This document shows, piece by piece, positions 55,898 through 64,000 of a stretch of 64,000 nucleotides of DNA (positions are counted from its first letter, which is position 1; each line of letters starts with the position of its first letter). The stretch comes from Eledone cirrhosa. Taxonomy: Eukaryota. A model generated the notes under the pieces. It did not search any database and was not told the DNA's origin. It worked only from the letters and a program-made list of their open reading frames with translations. The translations under genes were made by a program, and so were the position numbers. Where the stretch lies: the NCBI GenBank assembly GCA_964016885.1, contig OZ024742.1, positions 337,962,001 to 338,026,000 of the forward strand, given 5' to 3'.

Positions 55898-55993
55898 ATA
55901 TGACTATTTCTCTAAAATATCTAACATATCAAGTCAGACTATTTCTCTAACATCAAGTATGACTTATTTCTCTAAAATATCTAACATATCAAG
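55898..55993. repeat. Short imperfect triplication, about 25-36 bp unit (GACTATTTCTCTAAAATATCTAACATATCAAG)
   Basis: Two full copies flank one internally deleted copy. Confidence 0.8.
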
Positions 55994-56161
55994 GTATTCT
56001 CTATCAAATAAAAACAATGCTGGCTATTCAGTATTCTTTGGCCACTCAATCAGCAAATTTCCTCCCTGTCTACCTTCTTCAACTTTAGCATGAATTAAAG
56101 TTTAAGTTTAGACTCGTTTTCATGCCAAGGTGACTTACTAAACTCAGAATGACAACAACAA

Positions 56162-56191
56162 CCCCCCCCCCCCCCCCCCACACACACACAC
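56162..56191. repeat. Poly-C run (18 nt) followed by (CA)n microsatellite
   Basis: Direct reading of the sequence. Confidence 0.9.
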
Positions 56192-56316
56192 CTGCCATAT
56201 CCTTAAAGACTGCCTTCAATTTCTCTGTATTATTGGTCAAGAATGATAAACACATGTTCATATATGATAACACCTATTTATTTTCATTAAGACTGCCTTC
56301 AATTTCTCTGCACTTA

Positions 56317-56636
56317 TTCTCGGGTCTTGAATAATCGTCCCACCCCTCTGCTTATTAATTTTTCAGATTTTTTTTCCACCACACTCTCTTTCTCTCCCTA
56401 CTCCCACTTATTAAATTTCTGGCAAAATGACAATTATTTTTCTTTATATATTAAAAAACATACATGACCAAAAAAGGACATTACTAGAAATCCATACGTT
56501 ATAAAATAAATAGGATGGGTTGGCGTCTCAATATCTAAACTATAATTCTGTTTTTTTTTAAAAATCAATGGAGATAACCTAAAAAATTACAGATTCCCCC
56601 CTCCCCTCCCTCCCTCAATTATTTAAGACCCGAGAG
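56317..56636. mobile_element. Tc1/mariner-type MITE (320 bp) with terminal inverted repeats and TA target duplication
   Basis: Left end TA|TTCTCGGGTCTTGAATAAT and right end ATTATTTAAGACCCGAGAG|TA, a 17/19 inverted match. No coding capacity. Confidence 0.8.
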
Positions 56637-56839
56637 TATGTATATTTACTTTGATGTTATGGTGAAGAGTGATAAATACATGTTCACATATGAAAACACC
56701 TCTATTTATTTTCATCTGTAAATGATGAATACTTTGTTCTCCTCTGATAACATCGCCATGTGTATATAACAGTATAAAGTAAATAGAAAAACATATATAA
56801 GTTTATGTCTCACCAACTTGTCTAGTCTGGAGTTATAAC

Positions 56840-56895
56840 AACCTGTCTAACTCAGGCCAACATGGAAAACATGTAAATTGATGATGATAATAATG
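56840..56895 (+). mobile_element. RTE-type tail fragment
   Basis: ACCTGTCTAACTCAGGCCAACATGGAAAACATGTAAATTGATGATGATAATAATGA. Confidence 0.45.
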
Positions 56896-56899
56896 AACT

Positions 56900-57015
56900 G
56901 TCATTTGCAGCAAAGAGTTACGGCCCTTTATGATCTGAGTTCAAATCCTGCTGAGGTTAACTTTGCCTTTCATCCTTACGGGGTCGATAAAATAAAGTAC
57001 CAGTAATGCACTAGG
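56900..57015 (+). mobile_element. SINE fragment (CORE-like central domain)
   Basis: GAGTTCAAATCC (box B) followed by GAGGTTAACTTTGCCTTTCATCCTTACGGGGTCGATAAAATAAAGTACCAGT. The same motif recurs at about 57090 (+) and 62125 (-). Confidence 0.7.
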
Positions 57016-57240
57016 GTGGTGGGTTGGCAAAGTAGTTACAACATTAAGTAAAATACTTTGCAGCATTTGTTTCAGCTTTTTATGCTTTGATTTCAAATCC
57101 AGTCAAGGCCAGCTTTGCTTGTCATCCTTCTGGAGTTGATAAGATAAACTACCATCTATGTATTAGAGTCAATTTAAGCGACTTACCCAACCACCAAAGC
57201 CTGATGGCCTTGTACCTCAATTAGAAACCATTATTAAAAT
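57016..57240 (+). mobile_element. Near full-length decayed SINE of the same family, directly abutting the previous copy
   Basis: Head GGTGGGTTGGCAAAGTAGTTA, box B-like TTCAAATCC, core CTTTGCTTGTCATCCTTCTGGAGTTGATAAGATAAA, tail GGCCTTGTACCTCAATTAGAAACCATTATT. Confidence 0.6.
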
Positions 57241-57324
57241 TAAATTGATTTTCTTGAATGACCATATTTGTGTGATTTCCACAATATTGACTTTACAGCA
57301 GGAACATTTACGGCCAACACCAGC

Positions 57325-57440
57325 AAAGTTTATGGTGTTGAGATGAGGCCATTGAATGTAGAGGATATGTGAAGGTTATAAAGAAATAAAACTCAGGTTT
57401 TCACTGGATATGTAATATTACTGTGCATGAATAACGAATC
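57325..57440 (+). pseudogene. Possible RTE-clade LINE ORF fragment (region C-terminal to the RT domain)
   Basis: Reads VYGVEMRPLNVEDM*RL, resembling the 'YGSETW.L...D..RL' motif of RTE LINEs. Contains stop codons. Confidence 0.35.
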
Positions 57441-59369
57441 ACAGCTTATCTTAGGATGCTGAACATCATAGAAGTAATGATGATAGAATAGTACAAGTCG
57501 AGAAAACTCATCCAACCTATAAAGTATAGAAAGGCAGGCATAAGAATGCTAATGAAGTGACTTAGCCTGTCTCTGTGATCTCCACATCTCATCTGACATC
57601 ATGAAATGATACTAAGGAAAAATCAGTGAATATTATACATACACGAGTGAGATTTTTTCCAGGCTTTTATTGCCCATAACTAGAGGTGTGTATTATATAA
57701 GAGCATGTGTTATTGTTGAAAAAATACAACATTTAAATACTCAATTGAAACATTTACTTTACAACCTATCAACGAGAAATAAAGAGTGTATTTTTAAAGA
57801 TATATATTTTTATTGTTACATTTGAAGAATTTTTATAACCTTAAATATAATTCTGTTTTTAGTGACATAACAGTGCTTATAATTATATTTTTCTTGATAT
57901 TAGTATTAATATTATAATAAAACATTTATCTTATGAAATAAAGAAATAAATATTTAAAAGGAAAATAAAGAAAAAAAGATTATTGTTTGATGGTTTTTAT
58001 TAATTTGTAAGAAAAATAATTTCAAATATTTATTACTGAAATATGTTCTTTTCTTTCTATTTGTGAACTTCATTTTTATTTCCTAACAAATTTTTCTCAC
58101 ATTCTTTCTATGTTGAAACCCAATCGACTGAAACTGCCACTGGTTCAATGATATAAGACTGTTTATTTTAAAGTGCTTATATTTATTTAAAAAAATATAA
58201 ACACTTTCCAATTCAGTTCAAATTTTCAAAAATTGTTCCAGTGCTTACATCTAACTCTCCTGCAAGCTCAAAGAGGATGGAAGTTCCATCAAAATACTAA
58301 CTTGGACTGTAACAACCTGTCCAACCCAAGTTAGTATGGAAAAAAGATATGTCTCTCTAGCTGCTGTGATCAACTTATCGAGTTGCTTGAAGACATAGTA
58401 GATTTGACTTTAACAGAATCAACATAACTGGTAAGTAACGGTACTAGTAGATTTAACTTCAACATAAAAGGTACTAGTAGATTTGAACCCAACAGTATGG
58501 AAGCAAAATTAAATAAATGAATGTATTGGTGTGAAAGGGAAAAGGTGATGAAACAAGGGTAAACACATCAAAAATAACAACACTTCATTTACAACTTCAA
58601 TACAATGAGTACAACATCAATAGTTGATGCTACAGAATGTTCTATCAAAATACATGTGGTTCAGTCAGCTTTTTTTTCTGAGTTAGTATTTCAAAAGTGA
58701 CATAGCATTCAGTGTCCACTATACCATCTGAATTCTTTAGGTTTCACAGCCTGTATGTCCAGGTGAGGAGTTATACTTGACTGGTTCAGAACAATGGAAC
58801 AGTCACTCCCTAGCAAAACAACATGTTACAACACCACTAGTAGATGCAGATGGTACACAAAAATATCACGACAGGTGCAATGTGTCTGAACAACTGTTGT
58901 TTACTTCTGGCAGAATATGTCATTTTTCTTTCAGGTTTGAACTAAGATAGGAACTTGTCACATTAATTCCCTTGCAAAGAGGTCATGATTGACAAACTAT
59001 AGAAGTGATGGGAAATCTTACTTGGGGTACTGGACATTGCACTTGTCAACAGAATGTGGTTCTTGTTGCTGGAGAAGAATTTGAGGTACCAGTGGACAAA
59101 AGCACTGATGTTGGGTTAACTTGTGCCTAGTACTGACAATCATATTTGTAGTATTTCCCTTTGGAATGTATGCAGCATTTCTTAGGATCACTGTGTGTTA
59201 CAAACAACTTCTTTATGTCTATTCTCTATATATAACAAACAGTTGAAATACCAAATCCCACCAATATTTAAGTGGACAAAGAAAATTTTTGTTATGAATT
59301 GGTCAGAACATCCAATTCATTTTTGGAAAATTATTGCCAAGGAGACCAGAAGTCTATGGGCTTGACTGC

Positions 59370-60330
59370 AAACCTGTTGGAGAGTGACTGATACTTGATC
59401 TATCTTTCTAAGATGAAATATTTGGGTGTTCTACTCAGGACTTGATATGGTCCTGAGAATGGTGGTTGCATCATAACTTGTATAATGTCATTTCGGACAA
59501 ACACTGCCAGATGGAACCTTAGTTGTGACATTTTGAGAGTGAGAAGCAATAGAAGGCAGGCTTGATATATAGGCCCAGACAATGGATATAGTTTGTTGGA
59601 TCAGGAGTCTTGAGAAGCAGGAGCCATCATTTGCCTGGATAACACTGGTGCTTCGCCATAAACCAGCTCAGTTGGCATAGAACCTATTTCTTCATTTATC
59701 ATCATCATCACCGTTTAACGTCCATCTTCCATGCTAGCATGGGAAGTACTGTATAACAAATTCCAAGAAGGTTAAGAGGTAGGATCTCCAACCAGTTGCT
59801 GTAGATTCAGAGAATGGATTTTTTGTTGATGGAAACATTTCTCCATGCCAGTGGTTATAGGATGGTAAATTGTTGTGCACATCTGGTTGCAGCATAGGAG
59901 GCATGTTAATTTTGTGAATAGGTTCAATTAAAAATGTTCTCTGTCCAATGTGATGGTAGATGTGCCAAATCATGCAGTCCAGTGCTGTACTATAGATTTG
60001 GAAATTGTTTCTACAGTGGTATCAAGCATGAGAATCGCTTTAGGCCATTGAGAGAATGTCTATACAGATCAAAAGGGTGGGGTGCAACCTTGAGAAAGAG
60101 GCAGTGGTCCAATGATGTTGGAAACATACATCTAGTGTTGAGAAAGTGATCAGAAGTCTAACATGGTGATACATTTTAGCCTTCTGACAATGGAAGCAAC
60201 ACATGGCCCATTCCCTGACATCATTGTTTACACCAGCCCACACAAGCCAGGCTGTTATTAACTTCTGGGTGGTGTTGGCACTAGGATGTGATAAATTATG
60301 CAGAGCAGAAAAAAAATCAAATGTGTATGT
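59370..60330 (-). mobile_element. Decayed Gypsy/Ty3 LTR-retrotransposon integrase
   Basis: Minus strand reads the HHCC domain LHNLSHPSANTTQKLITAWLVWAGVNNDVREWAMCCFHCQKAK. Core remnants include WPKAI..., FGTSTITLDRE, TTIYHP..TGMEK and LPLNLLGI...ELVYG. The C-terminal GPY/F motif reads VFVRNDIIQVMMQPPFSGPYQVLSRTPKYF. Frameshifts and stops occur throughout. Confidence 0.85.
59698..59745 (-). mobile_element. About 48-bp 5'-truncated RTE-type tail inserted in the Gypsy integrase
   Basis: ATCATCATCATCACCGTTTAACGTCCATCTTCCATGCTAGCATGGG interrupts the integrase between LLGICYTV and NEEIGSMPTELVYG. Confidence 0.7.
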
Positions 60331-60384
60331 GTTAGAGGTAAATAAGGACAAAGAAAAAGGAGAATTTTGGTTTGAGGATCTCTT

Positions 60385-61182
60385 TGAGGTCAATCCATAC
60401 AATCATTCATCGTGAATTGAAAAGGCTTGGTAAAGAGTCAAAGGTTGGAAAATGGGTTCCATGTGATTTCTCTGCAATCTCAAACGTGTTGACTGTTGTG
60501 TATCACCGTGTTCTCATGAACTGCACATACCTTTTTTTAACAGAGATAAAAAATGCCTATTTTTTACTGGAGATAAAAAATGGATACTTTACCATAATGT
60601 TAAGTGAAGACATCAATGGCTCAGTCATGGTGAAGAGCTAGTTCAGCAGCGAGAAGTGACCTGCATCCAAGAAAGATTCTTTTGAGTGTGTTAGGGAGAT
60701 GTGGGAAATAATTCATCACAAGCTGCTAGGCAAGGTTTATTGTCAACAACTAAGACATTTGAGATAATTTTTGCAGCAAAACACCCCATCATTAACAAAC
60801 AGAAAAGAAGTCATCCTTAATCATGGTAATGTTAGACCTCACACTGCACAAAAGACCAAAGATCTTCTAGAAAAATATGCCTAGGAAATTATTTCTTAAA
60901 CCACAATATTCCCCAGACCTCGCACCAACAGATTATTATCTCTTTAGAAGTTTGTAAAATCATTTGAGTGGATTAACATTTACATCAAGAGAAATAAAAA
61001 ATGAGTTAGTTTCCTTTTTTTAGTTCAAAACCTAAAGAATTTTATGAACGTGGCATTAAAAAGCTTATTGACAGGTGGAGAGAAGTCATAAAGAAGAATG
61101 GTGACTACATTAATGATTAAATAAATCTAATATTGTTTTATTGAGCCTTAAAGAATGGACATAACTTTCATTACAACCTGAT
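60385..61182 (+). mobile_element. Decayed, 5'-truncated mariner transposase with remnant right TIR
   Basis: Motifs across shifting frames: GKWVPCD (WVPHEL-like), TGDKKWILYHN (TGDEKW), LHPRKILLSV, HGNVRPHTA (HDNARPH), YSPDLAPTDYYLFRSL, and FYERGIKKLIDRWREVIKKNGDYIND* (stop 61118-61120). These are followed by the TIR-like GGACATAACTTTCATTACAACCTGAT. Confidence 0.9.
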
Positions 61183-61219
61183 CAGTGGCTGATTCCAGGT
61201 TTAAACTCAAGAATCTGTT

Positions 61220-61280
61220 ACATCATCATCATTGTTGTTTTAATATCTGCTTTCCATGCTAGCAAGGGTTAGATGGGTCT
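61220..61280 (-). mobile_element. RTE-type tail fragment
   Basis: CATCATCATCATTGTTGTTTTAATATCTGCTTTCCATGCTAGCAAGGGTTAGATGGGT is the reverse complement of the tail motif at 53905 and 54005. Confidence 0.6.
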
Positions 61281-61459
61281 ACCATAGAACAAGTCAGTAC
61301 TGAAGCAGAGCAACTGATCTCCCAAGCAGGCCAGAGATCTGTGTCTCGCTTTATGCATGATCAATACTTCACCGTTGGGCACAGGAGAGGTTGTCAAATC
61401 TTTGACACAACTGGAGGTCCTCCCGCCTCATGGTCTTTATTCATAAATTTGAACATTTT

Positions 61460-62600
61460 GTCACAAATTTCAGAGATACAATTTTACATAAATTTCTCAA
61501 CTATTTTTATTATTTTACTTTTATTTAGAGAGAATGATTTCAACACATCCTTTCAATAATATTTTCTTCTTGTATATATTTGTTTCTGCTTAACAAAATG
61601 GCTTTTAAACAAGAATAATTTCATAGATATTTCACATCCCAAAGGTTTTACTCCTGTATTTTTCCAATCATGGTTAATGAGATTGTGTTTCTATAAGAAA
61701 CTTTAAACAAATCTTTCTCCAATGTGTTTGTGGATTATAAGACTAGAACTTAGGGAATGATTTCCAATATATTTCACAAAATTTTCTCCAGTCTGTATTC
61801 AGCTGTAAATGATAAAAGTAGACTAGGTTCACACTGAATGATATAGATTTTTGTTCAATGTTGATACATTTGTCAACTGGTATGGTATGGTCCCATAACT
61901 CTTGATAGAGCCGTAGGGGTGCCATATTGACATACTGTATTTCTTGGGCATTTTAAGCCTGGTGGAGTTCATCCCTCTCCAGGTCTGAGCACAGCAGATT
62001 TCTCCCTGAGAAGGATGGAAAGTGAAAGAGAGGAAAGGAGAAAGAGATATAGAGGAAGAAATTGACCCCCTCAGTTGTGTCAAAGACATGACAACCTTTC
62101 CTGTGCACTTGGTGGAGTATGACTACATTTTTTATCGACCTCGAATGGATGAAAGATAAAGTTGACCTTGGCGGGATTTCATCTTAGAGAGCCGAAACAA
62201 ATACCACAAGGTATTTTATCCGATGTTCTAACGACTCTGCCAATTTGTCAACTACAAGTTTATATTTCATAAATAAAAATTTCCCAATTAAAATTTTCTC
62301 TCAAACAAAAGCACCATTGTAGACTACAAGAATAGAATTCATGATAAATGCTCTCCAATATGTACTTATTAGTGAACAATAAATTTAAATTTACAAAAGA
62401 ATTTCTCACATTTCAGACAAGTTTTCCCTCCTGTGTGTATTGATTTGTGTTTTATTAAATTACTGTTAGTAATGATTTCCCCGATATTTCAAATGTTTCC
62501 TTTCAGTGGAAACATCTTACAGTTTTCAATGAAAAATTTCCTACATATTTCACAGTGAAAAGGTTTTTTTCCAATGTGTATTCTTTTGTTTAGTTAATCC
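61460..62600 (-). pseudogene. Heavily decayed C2H2 zinc-finger repeats (distal end of the ZNF array), interrupted by SINE and other insertions
   Basis: Minus-strand relics such as HIGKKPFHCEICRKF (about 62540-62580), TGEN-CEIYWKSF (about 61755-61795) and TGVKPLGCEI (about 61625-61660), with indels and stops. Confidence 0.6.
62120..62250 (-). mobile_element. SINE 5' half (same family as 56900-57240)
   Basis: Reverse complement reads TTGGCAGAGTCGTTAGAACATCGG...GCCAAGGTCAACTTTATCTTTCATCCATTCGAGGTCGATAAAAA, matching 56950-57000. Confidence 0.7.
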
Positions 62601-62863
62601 TTTTATCATATTTCTACTGACAAACACTACCTATGATTTTCAAATAATTTGGAGGGATACAGTAATATTTCTCAATATTAAACTGGCTTTAGAAAATAAT
62701 AAAATTTAACTCCTTCTATCAGGAAAAACAGACATTAAAACGACAATGATGATGATTGCTTTACATAAAATTATGATGGAATGTTTAGATATGAATATGA
62801 ACAATTTAAAACAAACAGCTTGGCATCATGCGTAGAACCAGGGTGGTTTCATATCAAGAGGGC

Positions 62864-63293
62864 TCAGACACTACTACTTACAGAATATTTCCCCACATAT
62901 TTCACAGTGAAACAGTCATTCTTCAGTGTGTATTGTTTTGTGATGTACAAAACGAGAACTCTTAGAGAAAGATTTTTCACATATTTCACAGTGAAAAAGT
63001 TTTTCTCCAGTGTGACTACGTATGTGAACAATAAGATCATAATTATTAAAGAAAGATTTCCCACATATTTCACAGTGAAATGATCTTTCACCAGTGTTTT
63101 CTTGTGCCTTGTTAAATCACTGTTATTGACATAAGATTTCTCACATATTTCACAGCAAAACGGTCTTTTCCCAGTATGTAGTAACTTGTGCTTTGTTAAA
63201 TTACCACCAGAGAAGAAATATTTCCCACATATTTCACAGTGAAATGTTTTTTCTCCATTGTGTGTTCTTTTGTGACTTACAAGACGACAATTC
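62864..63293 (-). pseudogene. C2H2 fingers orphaned downstream of the solo LTR
   Basis: Reads ...[64 protein letters not shown], then a frameshift near 63100. It continues [60 protein letters not shown] (TGA at 62916-62918). Confidence 0.85.
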
Positions 63294-63630
63294 TGTAGCA
63301 GTGGCCTCCCTTGTTGTGACTCACAACCCCAATAGATTAACAACATCTAGACGGGAAGTAGAACCCTTTCTGTAACATCCGGTCAGAACCCTATAAAACT
63401 AACAACTTTAAGTTCTCACCCTCTCATTAGCCCTTCCGGCGCCTGGCCTTCGCCAGGCGTCTTCTGCCAGCCTGCGTTTGCCTGGCAATCAAAACGGTAA
63501 CTACTAACTTTGCTTCATTCTTTCTTTTATTCATTGACATGTCAACTATACTGTTAAATTGTTGATTAAATATTATACACACAAACCATGTCTCCTTGTT
63601 ACATTCATACAACCCAGTATCTTCGCTATA
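63294..63630 (+). mobile_element. Solo LTR (337 bp) with 4-bp TSD ATTC
   Basis: Termini TGTAGC...GCTATA form an inverted repeat with one change from TG..CA. ATTC lies at 63290-63293 and 63631-63634. TATAAAA at 63392-63398 and ATTAAA at 63565-63570 are on the plus strand. Removing the element restores an exact C2H2 finger. Confidence 0.85.
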
Positions 63631-63999
63631 ATTCCAAATAAATGATTTTCCACATATTTCACAATGATGTAGTTTTTCTCCAGTGTGTTTTCTTTTGTGA
63701 CTTGCTAAATTCCTATTAATAACAAATGATTTCCCACATGTTTCACAGTGGAAGGGTTTTTCTCCAGTGTGGATTCTCTGGTGTTGTGTTAACATACTGT
63801 AAGAAACAAAATATTTCCCACATGTTTCACAGTGGAACAGTCTGTCTCTAGTATGTTTTCTTTTGTGAACTACATGACTGGTACTAGTAGAGAATGATTT
63901 CCCACATACTTCACAGTGATAAGGTTTTTCTCCAGTGTGAATACGTATGTGGGTAACAATATTTGAATTACTAACAAAACATTTCCCACATATTTGACA
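63427..63999 (-). CDS. C2H2 (Krueppel-type) zinc-finger protein, 3' part; open at the right window edge, C-terminus read into the LTR
   Basis: Open frame [123 protein letters not shown], then LTR-derived residues to the stop at 63427. The start is outside the window and functionality is unknown. Confidence 0.75.
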   Translation of the reverse strand, partial: CQICGKCFVSNSNIVTHIRIHTGEKPYHCEVCGKSFSTSTSHVVHKRKHTRDRLFHCETCGKYFVSYSMLTQHQRIHTGEKPFHCETCGKSFVINRNLASHKRKHTGEKLHHCEICGKSFIWNYSEDTGLYECNKETWFVCIIFNQQFNSIVDMSMNKRKNEAKLVVTVLIARQTQAGRRRLAKARRRKG

Positions 64000-64000
64000 G

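Noticed and set aside
53535-56334. Short ORFs 53535-53723, 54013-54414, 55875-56093, 56085-56273 and 56149-56334
   Set aside because: They lie in SINE remnants, short repeats or low-complexity sequence and have no recognisable domains.
57630-57728. Possible pogo/Tc2-like transposon end (...GTGTTATTGTTGAAAAAATAC)
   Set aside because: No matching opposite terminus was found in the window, and it is too degenerate to support.
60281-60303. Possible left TIR of the mariner (TAGGATGTGATAAATTATG)
   Set aside because: The same bases encode LHNLSHP of the Gypsy integrase on the minus strand, so the resemblance is probably coincidental.
62781-63375. Plus-strand ORFs 62781-63083 and 63193-63375
   Set aside because: They are antisense shadows of the zinc-finger repeats and the LTR.

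Overview
This is eukaryotic (animal) DNA, most likely an octopus or other coleoid cephalopod. That assignment is an inference from the SINE/RTE-tail motifs and the [14 protein letters not shown]-type C2H2 array. Bases 1-53082 (about 83% of the window) are one head-to-tail tandem array of a 50-bp unit (GCCATGCTGGGGCAGCACACTCTTTTACTGGTTTCA[TT/GC/GT]CATTAGACTG[C/T/A]G). It has roughly 1060 copies, is open at the left edge and carries nested higher-order duplications. The array stops 44 bp before the splice acceptor of the penultimate coding exon of a cytosolic sulfotransferase gene (exons 53127-53292 and 54673-54782), so the satellite most plausibly sits inside an intron more than 53 kb long. Read on the minus strand, the unit resembles the 3' terminal stem-loop and tail of an abundant octopus tRNA-derived SINE (recognised from memory, not searched). 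The remaining 11 kb hold SINE and RTE-tail fragments, a TA-flanked MITE, a decayed Gypsy integrase, a decayed mariner transposase, and the 3' part of a minus-strand C2H2 zinc-finger gene. That gene is split mid-finger by a 337-bp solo LTR with a 4-bp target-site duplication. All ORFs called within the array are repeat artefacts.
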